Shown: positions 21,450 to 33,719 of the stretch, piece after piece
How positions within the stretch are numbered: position 1 is the first letter of the stretch
How the letters are laid out: each line of letters opens with the position of its first letter
Assembly (NCBI GenBank): GCA_950097015.1
Contig: CATNEN010000027.1
Span: 620,001-684,000 of the forward strand
Reading direction: 5' to 3'
Length of the DNA: 64,000 bases
Origin: Macrostomum hystrix
Lineage: Eukaryota; Animalia; Platyhelminthes
Made by a program: the position numbers and the translations under genes
Notes under the pieces: generated by a model
Database searches by the model: none
What the model was told of the DNA's origin: nothing
The model's input: the letters and a program-made list of their open reading frames with translations, nothing else

Positions 21450-23844
21450 CTAGTCTCCAATGTGAGAATGCACACGTGAGCGCAGGCAAGGCAGCTCTCG
21501 CCGGTTGGCACCGAACCCCGCGGCCCCGGCGCTGAAAAAGGTGGCCAATTCGAGCAACTCGCACAGCGACACAACGGAGGCGCCGATCCATAAGCCTAGA
21601 ATGCCGCCCAGGTGCGAGAGCAGGTCCACAGCGCAGTAGCTTTGCTCCTCCTCGATGCGAGCAACGTTCAGGCTCAAAGGGTACACCTGCACCCGCAGTA
21701 GGTGCCTGGACACAAAGTCCTGCACCAGGGCGCAGTGACTCTCGTTGGCGAACGCTCGCCGAACCATGACTGCGCAGTCGGCCGGACTCAGGTCGAGTTG
21801 CCGCAGAGAGTGCGCAATCGCCGGAATTGCGGCTGCAGACGCGTCAGTCTCGTGCTCGGCCAGAAACGCAGTCCAAAGCCGAGCTGAGCGACTGAAAAAC
21901 CAGGCGAGCGTCGTAGCGTCCCGTGACAGCGTTGGCGTCCTCGGAGTCAGGCAGCTCCGAGGTGAAGATCTGGAACTGGAAGGCCTCGGTCTCGCACTGG
22001 TCCTCCATTGGCTCGATGTCCTGATGACTGCTCTGGAATTGGTAGCAGCGTAGGGCGTCCCAGTTGCGCCGCAGTCGCGGAGACCTCAAGAGTAGGCGGG
22101 CCAGGCAGGGCCGGCGGTGCCTGTGGCCAGCTGGATGATGTCGACCGCAAGCGCGACGTCGGGCAGCTTGAAGCTGCTCGAAAAAATGTACACCATAAGC
22201 GATATCGAAGACGTCGACGCACAGGCGACGCCGGCGACGGCGTGAGACGCCCCGCAGCAGCAGGTGATCGGGAAGAGCTGGGCTGGTTCTCAAACAACCG
22301 CACTGGGACAGCGAATGCTTGACTGACCGCCAGTCCAGCCGGTCAGCCAGGGTGGTCCGGTAGACTCTACCACCACCCAGCTGTGTCCTGAACTGCCCGG
22401 CTGCCTGGCAAGGCCTGACGGGCGTGTCGCACAGGGCAGTCCGCAGTTCTTGAAGTCCAATCGCGGTCGCCTGGCCCGCAGCTGCCAGCACTGCGTCTTC
22501 GTCGATGCGCGGCGCCGTGCCGACCGCGTGCGCCGTGACCAGGACACCGACTGTTTCTAGTCCGTCACTGGCGCGTTGTCGGCCGACCTCGACGATGGCG
22601 CGACCATAGAGCGGATCCGAAGCTGGCGAATAGAGCACCAGGCTGAGCCCGCGACCGACTGTCGAGCCGCAGTCATTGCCGTTATAGCCGCCACCGTTGT
22701 CACCTCCTGGCAGGGTGAAGCAGTTTCCATGACGACTGTGATAAAAGCGCCGGAACTGGTCAGGTCGGCACACGACACCGTTCAGTCTGCACTGGATAAG
22801 AAGATCGCTGGCTCGAGTTCCGCGCTTGGCGATGCCGTCTAATAACTCAAATCCGCTGTCTTCTAGAGGCAGCCGGAGCAGCCAGCTGGTCAGGTTGAGA
22901 AATTCTCCGAGGCGTCGGGCACCCACCTGCGCAGTCTGGAACAGTCCAGCCTGGCCGGCCTCGCACAGAGTGACGCTGGGGAAGCGGAAGGCGTTCGGCA
23001 GTTCGCGAGACGATGACTGCAAGGGGTAGCGGTAGTAGACGGACACCTGCTTGGACAGGTGTAAGCACAGACTGGCAAAGGTGCACACCAGGAGGCAGGG
23101 CCAGACGAGGCGGTTGCTGCACCTACCCTGCTGCTGCTGCTGCTCACTTAGTTGATGCGATCCACTAAAAAGTTTTATTAAAGGCTTACTCATGTAAGAC
23201 TCAAAAGGTAGCTAGTAGCTAAGTCATGTGAGCAATGATGTGAGCGTGAGTAGCAGAGCGGTTATCGCGTTTGCCTCTCGCACCAAGGTCCCTGAGCTCG
23301 ATTCCGCGGCGAGGCCACATGATTTGGGGCTTGTCGTAGAGAAGGCTTGTCATACAATTTTCGCCCTTGAGGGCCAGCCTCCAAGGCACAGTGGAAGTTT
23401 ACACTGTCTGACAATGAGAAAGTCAGGGCAGATGTACAAACCTGCGTGAGTGTGTGCCGGTGTACGGTATCTGCGTGCGTGTCTGCTCAGGAGTCAGCGA
23501 AAGGGCAGAATTGCCTCCTCGCTGGCTGCAGGTCTAGTGTCACCGAATGATGTGCCATTGCCCGCAGCCTTCCTGCAATTATTATTATTAATAACGATCA
23601 TGGTAATGAATGTGTGGTAACAACAATCTGAGGTAATGAAGTGGGTGATGAGGTGGTTCCTTTCCGTGGGATAAAGGCAGTAAGTAGGTTTAGTCAACCT
23701 GTTTGCTCTCTGCAAGCTTTCATATTGGTCTTGCAGTCTCCAGAGGCCATGAATGGTGCTACTGTCCAGGTAGTCAGCTACTGTCTGCCGCTGCTGCAGT
23801 CGGTATGCCAGCAACTGGCGATGTAATCGATGAGCCTCTTGCAT
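21450..23844 (-). CDS. DEG/ENaC (amiloride-sensitive sodium channel family) subunit, with a 1-nt frameshift near 21915-21945
   Basis: Exon 1 23844-23699 (YLDSSTIHGLWRL, HG motif); exon 2 starts at 23164 (phase 2). TM1 LVWPCLLVC, FPSVTLC, YHSRHGNCFT, QCGCL. The C-terminal frame (open from ~21950 to 21450) has LLSHLGGILGLWIGASVVSLCE. Confidence 0.85.
23241..23593 (+). mobile_element. tRNA-derived SINE family A, in the ENaC intron
   Basis: A-box-like tagcagagcgg, B-box-like gagctcgattcc, (ATT)n tail. Homologous copies occur elsewhere in the window. Confidence 0.8.
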
Positions 23845-24469
23845 CAAGCTCTCTCAACTGACTCTGTTGATTGTCGAGGCTTCAACAACATGTTTCCCAG
23901 CGCGTATACTGTATATAGGATGTTTCAAATTATCCCAACGCAGTCGCTTAAATCCCTAATACGATAGTAAATTTGTTTACGACCAAACGCGGAGCCAACA
24001 AAGTTTTGCTGTGATAGCAATTCCAAAACCACATTATCGTCCGAGCATCCGAAACTGGTCCTATCGAGCTATAAATTCATGCGCGTTCCGAACAAACTCA
24101 AAAGTGCCGATGAAAGCTATGAAAGCTAACCAACAGGCCGCCCTCAGCCATGCACTGGGAGTTCACAGTACATTTTGCCTGCAAAATAAACAGTTCGCAA
24201 TTTAGAGATTTGCAGCCACTTTTGCTACAATGCCCCGTCTGCAGCTTTTAAGCCTTGCCTCCAGGTCAGTTTGCCACTTTTAATAGACATGTTGATGACT
24301 AGCAGCAGCCATGCATTTTCCAGAGTGATGACAGCTTCTTGTGAATATTTCGGCTGCTGTTTTCTGGGCCTAAAGTTTTTTATTCTTAGAGTTTTTATAA
24401 ACTTTAGAAGGGCCACTTAATAGGCTTCTGCTCCATCCGTCTTATTAAAAAATAAGAGGACCAACCACA

Positions 24470-24595
24470 AAGGCACAGTGAGTGCCTGACGATGCTACAC
24501 TGCCTGACGATGAGAATGTCAGTACACACTTGTGAGTGTGTGCTCAAGTGTACTCATGAGTAAGCGGAACTGTCAGAATCGTCTCCTCGGCTACT
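24470..24595 (+). mobile_element. Degenerate internal fragment of SINE family A
   Basis: aaggcacagtgag...ctgacgatgagaa...gtgagtgtgtgc matches the body of 23380-23460. Confidence 0.5.
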
Positions 24596-25289
24596 CACTT
24601 CATCTTAATTTTCTTTACATAAAATGAACAGTTTTATGTTATTGAAACAAGCTGCCAACTGTTTAAAGCAGTTGTAGATGCAATTCAGACGCAATTCAGC
24701 AATTTATATTGTTATCGAAGTGTATCTGTATAATTTTGCTGACCGGAAATTTTTATGCAATTTTCTGCTTTAATGTGCAAACTCTCCCACTTTCATACTT
24801 AGTTGTATATATTGTCGAGATTCAGAAATGCTTTGCTAAGACATGCAAAGCGAGCTGTAACTGTAACGAAAGTCCCTTTATTCTGTGGCAGTCAATCAGT
24901 CCTGTTGATTTTTTGCAAAATCGAATAGAAATGACGCCTAATTGTCTTATCGCGCAGCGCTTCCGAAATGCTGTGTACATCAGTTCAGTCCATGGACTGT
25001 TGGGCGGGAAATATCCACTCACTATACGCTGAAGTTGAAAAGTAAAAAAGTTGAAGTTAAATTTGATGTTAAGCCAATCCTGTTAAAGTCCTTCTCTGAC
25101 CATCATGCTGCCTGCCTGCCCCCTGTACATTTGCTATTATCGATTTTCCTCTCTCTCTCTGGCTTAGCCCTTTAGATTCTCTTCCCCCTTGATTTATCGA
25201 TCGCTGTTCGCCTTCCACTTGCGTCTGACACCCTCATTTTCTGTCCCAGCCAATCATATGTTTCTTATATAAATAGGCACAGTTGACAC

Positions 25290-25665
25290 TTAATTGTTAT
25301 AATAATACTTATATTTGCAGGAGGACTGCAGGCAATGGCATTTCATTTGGTGACACTAGACCCGCAGCCAGCGAGGAGGCAATTCTGCCCATTTCGCTGA
25401 CTCCTGAGCACACACGCACACAGATAACGTACACAGGCACACACTCACACATGTGTGTACATCTGCCGTGACTTTCTAGTCGTCGGGCAGTGTACACTCT
25501 CACTGTGTCTTGAAGGTTGGCCCTCAACGGCTTGAATTGCACGACAAGCCTTCAAGCCTTCTCTCCGCGGCTGCGCCCCAAATGAATGTGGCCTCGCCGC
25601 GGAATCGAGCTCAGGGGCCTTGCTGCGAGAGGCGAACGCGTTTGAACTCTCTCCCACTCACCCCT
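25290..25665 (-). mobile_element. SINE family A, full-length copy
   Basis: Reverse complement aligns with 23241-23593 from head (ctgagctcgattccgcggcgagg) to tail. Confidence 0.8.
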
Positions 25666-26943
25666 CTATGGCACTTTCCTTCAGGAAATTTTCTCGCCGA
25701 GATTTGCAAACCGAGATTGCACACCCGTCGAGATCTCGAAAAGTGTTGCTTTTGAAAAAGTTCACTTTTTGGAAGGCTGACGGCAAACGGTAGAGAACAC
25801 CCGACAGCGAGAGTTTCATGGCCGGAAAAGTTTACTGCAAACATTCAAACGAAGCATCGGAACTCCTATTCTGCTAAATTGTATTTTGTATCATTCTACG
25901 AGTCAAATTCGGAGCCACCTGATTGAGCTGTGTTTTTTAGACTCTTACTGTTATACCTCGTACTTTTCTATTGAGAAATGAGTCTGAGCAGTGACTCCAC
26001 ATGCACTACGAGCTAAATTAGTTTAAAATAGGTGCAGAATCTGTATAGAACATATAACTGCGGAGATGTGAGGCCGGTGGATGCATATTTACACTATTTG
26101 CATAAACGTGCACACACAAACTTCACATGAGGCAAAGATCCATGGCGTCTCGTAGTACATTTTCTAATCGAAGCATCACTTCATTGCCTGGATTTGTTGC
26201 GCGTGTACGGAGCTTGACTTTCGAAATTACATTTTGCTGCTTGCTTGATGAGATAAACAGATGCGCAATACAGCATTGAACTGGCAGTGTCGCTCCACGC
26301 ATTAAAAATTAAGAAAATTATGACCGGAAAATTGGATGCCTGGAAAACAACCAGGCAAATTCAATAAAGTCTTTAGCATGCTAACAGCGGCTTGCTGAGG
26401 CTGCCTTACAGGACAATTTAGATCGACCTCATTTTACAAATAAGCTCAAAGGTCAAACAAGTTTTAAATGAGCTATTTAGAAAAATTTTCAGTCATAATC
26501 TTCCTAATTTATTTCCAGACTATTATAGAAAAATGTTCGTTTCGGTTCTCTATTTCCTGACTCATGAATTAAATAGCGGTGCTATTCATGCGTATCTGAT
26601 CTAATTAGCCTCACTTCCAGACAACTTCATGCTTCATTTTTATTTCTGCGTGCTTTTTTCTGCGCTCAGGTGACATCTGACGAAACTGGGTCGACCAGAC
26701 TGGCTCTTTGGGCTCACTTGTATAAAATTATGACCGATTTTACGCGAAAATAAATAACAGTACTCGCATAAACCCCATTGACGAATCCATTTTGGTTCAG
26801 AGGTGTATGAATAAACAATATCCTCAGTACAATATGATTAACAATAATTGCCGACATGGTTACACGATGAAATTTTGTCTATATTGGTGACTTTTGCCAC
26901 TAGACACCCCGAGCTCAGGATCCAAAAAATGGATCCCCTAACC

Positions 26944-27233
26944 AAGAGGTTGTAGCCTAGTTGTTAGGGCGTCGGACTCACGACTTGAAGGTCGGGGGTT
27001 CGATTCCCGACTCCACTGATCAATTTGTGTCCTTTAGCAAGCCACTTAACTCTGCATTGCTTCAGTTCACCCAGCTGTTAAATGGGTACCAGCATCAGCT
27101 GGGATAATTGAAGGTGAGTGTGGCGTCCCCCCCAGTCCATGGACTGAACAGCTGTACGCAGCCTTCAGATGCGCCGTGCATTAGCTGCGGCTGTGCCCCA
27201 TTGGGGCAGGTGTAATCAATTATAATTATTATT
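26944..27233 (+). mobile_element. tRNA-derived SINE family B with a CORE-like central domain
   Basis: tRNA-like head (tagcctagttg...ggttcgattccc), CORE-like 27026-27086, (ATT) tail. Inverse copy at 52315-52649. Confidence 0.8.
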
Positions 27234-28040
27234 AATTTCTCATCGGATAGAGCGGAAAATTTTATGCCGTGTTCAGGATTTCCATCAAAAAATCGGAACA
27301 AAAATATTTTGGGAGATACAGAAAAAAGCAAAGTGTGTATTTGAAATATCCCTTGTCTTTCTACTGTGAAAAATTTAAAACTTTTAAAATTAGTCTATAT
27401 TCTACTTTAGTATTCTTTGAGTGGACATCGCACCGGAGGTATAAATGAAGGCCGCAATGACCATTTGCCAAATGTTTATGTAAGCATATAATCGTGATCC
27501 AATCAGGCCACCTGTGTCCAAGCTGGTCATTAGCTAGGCGGCACAGAAACGCAAATTGTTAGCAAAGGAAAGTCTAATGTTTCTGGTGTTGACAAGTAAC
27601 CAAGCTGGATAGACAGTGCGATCTGACAACCGAGAAATAGCACCAAAAGGAGGCCACTGACTGAAAGGCTTTGAATTGCTGCAATGCTAATTTTTTGCCG
27701 ATACCATAGCAGAGAATGGCATCGAGAAGCCAAATATAAGGCAAGGCAACAAAGTGAAAGCAGATGCACCCCCAAGAGTGTAAAACGAATAGGAGTCGAG
27801 AATGTCGCGCAGATCACATGGCTTAATATCATGCATGCCTGCCTGCGTGCCTCTCCCCGCCACCGCCCCCTCCCCCCCAGTCTACTGGCTTTATTCGCAT
27901 CGATAATATAAACAAGAAACGGCACCACAGGCGCTGGAGGAGGACCTTTTGATCAAACCAGTTTTCCTGTGTCTTTCTATTTATTTCCTTTTCAGGGCGC
28001 CCCCTAGCGCAGTTCAGCAGCTCTCTTCGGTTCAGCAGTC

Positions 28041-29947
28041 ATGGACGGCTATCTCGGCAGCTTCACTAAGCTAGCCGGCGCTGCCAAGGCAGTGCCGCAC
28101 GGCGCCGAAGATTACTATGACCGGCTCAACTATGCTCTGACGCCTGGCATCCTGCTGGCCATTGCCACCATCATCGGCATGAAGCAGTACGTGTTCCAGC
28201 CGATCCAGTGCTGGAACCTCAAGGAACTGGACGACCAAAGGATGCAGTACGCCGAGAACTACTGCTGGGTTGAGAACACTTTCTATCACGATCCAACTGT
28301 GCCCATTGCGCACATAAAAACCCCTGGCGAGGGAAAAACCATCTGTGAGTAGTGCAGTTGCAGCGGTGGTAACTGGCAAAGCCAAAGGCAAAACATTAAC
28401 ATGGGGCGCAGCCGCGGAGAGAATGCTTGGGGGGCTTGTCGTAGAATTTTAAACCAACGAGGGCCAACGTCTAAGGCACAGTGAGAGTGTGCACAGCTTG
28501 ACGATGAGAAAGTCCTTGCATATACAATCGATAACAAGAAAGTTGCAAAAAATGGATCTCCACAGTTAGAGATCTACTTACTGCTCTGAACGGAACAAAG
28601 ATAGAACGCGAGGTCCTTTAGGCTTAGAGTCAATGCGTTTAAACTACAATCGATAAGAAGGGGGTTGGCGGTGCGAGGGTAAGGAAATGGGACTATAGAG
28701 TCAGGGGCGGACCAATCAGAAGGGAAGATCAAGGGCCGAGATAGAGGACTAGACAGAAGTAGAGCGAGGCGAGAAACAGACAAGTGAAGAATTTAAATTA
28801 AAAATACGAAAGGTGCAAAGGAACTAGAGAGGAGTCAAGAAATTCGCCACAGGGCAGATGTACAGACCGTGTGTCAGCGGAATGGGCAGAAATGTCTCTC
28901 GCTTGATGCGGGTCGACTGACACCTAATTATTTGCCCACAGCATCCTGCAAGTATTATATTCTACCAGCCCTGCCAATCAAATTTCAGACTATTACCAAT
29001 GGGTGCCGTTCATCCTCATGGCCCAGGCAGTGCTATTCTACGTGCCCCACCTCCTGTGGATGATGCTCAGTACCAATGTAGGCGTCGACATGCGCCAGCT
29101 GGCTGAGCAGGCTCGCAAACTCGAGTCCGACTGCCTGGTGGGCGAGGACCGCAAGGCCAAGGTGACATTCTTGGCCACCTCGCTGCTGCGCTTCTTCCGC
29201 TACCGATCCCGCTACGGCCGCGAGAGCTCTTGCAAGCGGCTGGCCGCTTTTATGCTGGGCAAGCCGGCGTTCGCAATGTACCTGGTGTTCGCGTACGTGC
29301 TGGTGAAGGCCTGCTACATCGCTAACTGCATCGGCCAGCTGTACCTAATGCGTAGCTACCTGGGCCTCAACATGACCAGCTTCGGGCTGCAGATATTCAA
29401 CGACATTTCCAACAACCGCACCTGGCAGACAACCAACGTGTTTCCGAGGGTCACATACTGCCACTTCGGAGTGCGCAATGTCGGAGAGCCGCGCTTCTAC
29501 ATATTGCAATGCGTCCTGCCAGTCAACATGCTCAACGAGAAGTTCTACGTTTTGATCTGGTTCTGGGTGGTCATTGTGCTCAGCCTGAACATCGTCTCCC
29601 TTTCGCGTTGGCTCGTCAATCTAATGGTGAGCCCGAGCCGACGCCGCATTGTGAAGAAATACCTGAAGATCGCGGAGGCAATCAGCGCAGAAGGCAAGAA
29701 ATTCTCGCGCAACAAGGCCTGGGAGGCCGAATTCGTTGATGACCTCATCCGCAGCGACGGCACTTTCCTGCTGTCGGTGATCAACAAGAACGCCGGCGAC
29801 ATAGTCACGGCCGAGGTTGTGCGCAAGACGTTCAAGCTGTGGCACAACCAGTCTTTGGAGTGTGCTAGCCCTGCGGAGTCAGCCAAGTACATCACGGACG
29901 AGAAGTTGCCACTGGACCCCTCGGCTCCGAAAGCGGTGATAGTCTGA
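28041..29947 (+). CDS. inx: Innexin (gap junction/hemichannel protein), ~420 aa
   Basis: Exons 28041-28344 (t|gtgagt) and 28989-29947 (tttcag|ac) give YYYQWVPFIL. Also DYYDRLNY, IQCW, ENYCW, FPRVTYC and CVLPVNMLNEK. A probable 5'UTR acceptor lies at 27995. Confidence 0.96.
28385..28960 (+). mobile_element. SINE family A fragment in the innexin intron, split by a ~330-bp unrelated insert
   Basis: 28385-28520 and 28853-28960 match consecutive parts of the family A body. Confidence 0.55.
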
Positions 29948-30759
29948 TGTCGAGCCTGCGACAGCTCCTGAATCCGCAACTGACTTGTTTTGAACTCGAG
30001 TCTAAGAGAAGTTTTTACTGAGCATGCCCTCCAATTTGTCACTTTTCCTGCCAATAGTGCTGGGATCTGTACTGCAGACAGGGCCGATATCAGAAATCCA
30101 ATAGAATTGTCTCTTTGATGCATGATGGAATGCTTCTGGGTGGTAATATATTTTCTTCTGTAGTCCTGGAAGCATAAAAATGAATTATCAGAGCGTAAAG
30201 ACCAGCGAATTCGCAGCATAGCTTGAGTTTAGCTCGTAGTTAAGTAGCTTTAGTACACTGTCACGGCCACTGTATAAACTGATAGAGTCGCATGCCGCTT
30301 ATTCCGAGCCATTAGTTCTGCTTGTCTTCATCCGCTAATGATTGCATGCCTGTGATCGATTGATTTTAGCATGATCCATTGGGAATCATCCAATTAGCAG
30401 GAGCAGATATCCTGTTGAGCAACACATTATATATTTTATGGAATCTCACAATTCGTTTTATAACCACAGCATGCTTGAACAGAGGAATCTAATAAAAATA
30501 TCTTCAAATCCTGATTTTCTTCTCCCAAAGTAAGGCTTTCTTGACTATTACGAGTACAACTTGTAGTTTGCCTTTGAATTGCCCCAGAATAAAAATAGAA
30601 TTTTAAAGCGATATTGCACGTTAGTGTCTGCGCGAAAGTGCATGCAAACTTTTATTTAATAATACGGATACAAAAGCGTGCCTATAGTAACAGTAGAGAG
30701 ACCACTGGGAGTATGCAAAAGAAACACAGTTTTATTTTTTCTGTATCTCCCAAAATGTT

Positions 30760-30912
30760 CAACCGAGTGTGTGTCATAGGTTTCAATTGCACGGCAAGCC
30801 CCCAAGCCTACTCCCTGCGGCTGCGCGGCAAATTAATGTGGCCTCACCGCGGAATCGAGCTCAGGGACATTGGTCCGAGAGGAGAACACGTTAGACAGCT
30901 CCGCCACTCAAA
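30760..30912 (-). mobile_element. SINE family A 5' fragment
   Basis: Reverse complement contains gtccctgagctcgattccgcggtgaggccacattaattt. Confidence 0.7.
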
Positions 30913-31064
30913 TCCCCTATTTTTAATAAATTTCTACATTTTTATGGGATTGTTGATTTTAAACCACACCTCAAGCCACAACCAGTGCACCTACCCCTGT
31001 GCAGGCACAAACTCACATAGGTGAGTAAATCTGCCCTTACTTTCTCGTTAGAGCCAAAATAGGA

Positions 31065-32785
31065 ATTGATTGATATCTAGGCTTAGCATTGATAGAAATC
31101 TAGGCTCAGAATTGATAGATATCTAGGCTCAGAATTGATAGATATCTAGGCTTAGCATTGATAGATATCTAGGCTCAGAATTGATAGATATCTAGGCTTA
31201 GCATTGATAGATATCTAGGCTCAGAATTGATAGATATCTAGGCTCAGAATTGATAGATATCTAGGCTCAGAATTGATAGATATTTAGGCTCAGAATTGAT
31301 AGATATCTAGGCTCAGAATTGATAGATATCTAGGCTCAGAATTGATAGATATCTAGGCTCAGAAATGATAGATATCTAGGCTCAGAATTGATTGAAATCT
31401 AGGCTCAGAATTGATAGATATCTAGGCTTAGCATTGATAGATACCTAGGCTCAGAATTTATATATATCTAGGCTCAGAATTGATAGATATCTAGGCTCAG
31501 AATTGATAGATATCTAGGCTCAGAATTGATAGATATCTAGGCTCAGAATTGATTGATATCTAGGCTCAGAATTGATAGATACCTAGGCTCAGAATTTATA
31601 TATATCTAGGCTCAGAATTGATAGATATCTAGGCTCAGAATTGATAGATATCTAGGCTCAGAATTGATAGATATCTAGGCTCAGAATTGATTGATATCTA
31701 GGCTCAGAATTGATAGATATCTAGGCTCAGAATTGATTGATATCTAGGCTCAGAATTGATAGATACCTAGGCTCAGAATTTATATATATCTAGGCTCAGA
31801 ATTGATAGATATCTAGGCTCAGAATTGATAGATATCTAGGCTCAGAATTGATAGATATCTAGGTTCAGAATTGATTGATATCTAGGCTCAGAATTGATAG
31901 ATATCTAGGCTCAGAATTGATTGATATCTAGGCTCAGAATTGATAGATACCTAGGCTCAGAATTGATAGATACCTAGGCTCAGAATTTATAGATATCTAG
32001 GCTCAGAATTGATAGATATCTAGGCTCAGAATTGATAGATATTTAGGCTCAGAATTGATAGTTATCCAGGCTCAGAATTGATAGATATTTAGGCTCAGAA
32101 TTGATAGATATCTAGGCTCAGAATTGATAGATATTTAGGCTCAGAATTGATAGTTATCCAGGCTCAGAATTGATAGATATTTAGGCTCAGAATTGATAGA
32201 TACCTAGGCTCAGAATTTATAGATATCTAGGCTCAGAATTGATAGATACCTAGGCTCAGAATTGATAGATATCTAGGCTCAGAATTGATAGATATCTAGG
32301 CTCAGAATTGATAGATATTTAGGCTCAGAATTGATAGTTATCCAGGCTCAGAATTGATAGATATTTAGGCTCAGAATTGATAGATATCTAGGCTCAGAAT
32401 TGATAGATATCTAGGCTCAGAATTGATAGATATTTAGGCTCAGAATTGATAGTTATCCAGGCTCAGAATTGATAGATATTTAGGCTCAGAATTGATAGAT
32501 ATCTAGGCTCAGAATTGATAGATATTTAGGCTCAGAATTGATAGATATCTAGGCTTAGCATTGATAGATATCTAGGCTCAGAATTGATAGATATCTAGGC
32601 TTAGCATTGATATATATCTAGGCTCAGAATTTATAGATATCCAGGCTCAGAATTGATAGATATTTAGGCTCAGAATTGATAGATATTTAGGCTCAGAATT
32701 GATAGATATTTAGGCTCAGAATTGATAGATATCTAGGCTCAGAATTGATAGATATTTAGGCTCAGAATCGATGCATATCTAGGAA
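31065..32785. repeat. 23-bp minisatellite (~75 copies)
   Basis: Unit gatagatatctaggctcagaatt, containing the palindrome TAGATATCTA. Confidence 0.97.
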
Positions 32786-33719
32786 GCACTATTTTGCTAC
32801 TCTCATCGCAGAGCCTTATTGCTCCGCCACCCATTTGTAGTTGTTTCCTAGCTTAAGAGTTTTCTCGAATGTATTTATTAGTAGGTAGAAACTATCTAAA
32901 AGTTTTAACTAAAAAAAAGAATTTCGTTTTTAATCTTCGGACAGGCACTGGGTTATAATAACAATAAAAGGGACAATTTTATTTTCGGAAATCAAAAACT
33001 TTTTCACTAAGAAAATTATTCTCGTTACTTAGAATCTAGACTTGGACCTGGACAAGTGCGCAAACTCGGACAATTAAAACAGGAAACTTTCTCTCGAAAA
33101 TCTGGAACAAAAAGCGTTCGAATATCATCCGAAAAAGACTACTGATAAAGGCATTTGATCGAGTAGTATAGTAAGCTGATTGAGAACTCACAGGTACATA
33201 GCCTGGATGCCAATTAAACAAAAAAACACTGGTGTGCAAACAGTATAAAACAAGAAGAAGCAAAATGAACTAGAAAAAACAAAAGCATTGCATTAAGCCA
33301 TGGTATAATCAGTATGGCATGAAATACTCGAAATATGTAATGCATGTATTAAGCAGTGTCCCGTCCAGATAATTTAAAGCTCCGTACATTTCATCATGGC
33401 CGCACTGAGAATGTACTTTAACAGCATCTGTCGCAATCAGATTAATCACTGCTTAAGAATATAGACTACAAATGCACTTGTACGCTGAATTGGTGCTCGG
33501 TCAGGAAACAAAGATTGACGACGCTTCTGCAGCAAGGAATCATAAAAGCTTTAGACTGAAAGAAGGTTAAAGGAAAGTGACGAATACTGGGATAGATAAT
33601 GCGCCAAAATAAACTCCTCTAATCCTCAAATCAATGTAGGGTAAACGGCGAGAGTAAATGTACTTCTGCTTTGAATACTCGAACGCCTCGCCATCTAATA
33701 AATGTACTTTTAGCCGTAA

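Noticed and set aside
23165-23193. ATG 23193 as the ENaC start
   Set aside because: An upstream exon (23844-23699) supplies the conserved HG motif and splices in phase to 23164.
26944-27015. tRNA gene (Val-CAC-like); also tRNA-like heads at 23241 and 52580-52649
   Set aside because: The acceptor and anticodon stems pair poorly, and each head continues into a repeated body with an (ATT)n tail, so these are SINE heads.
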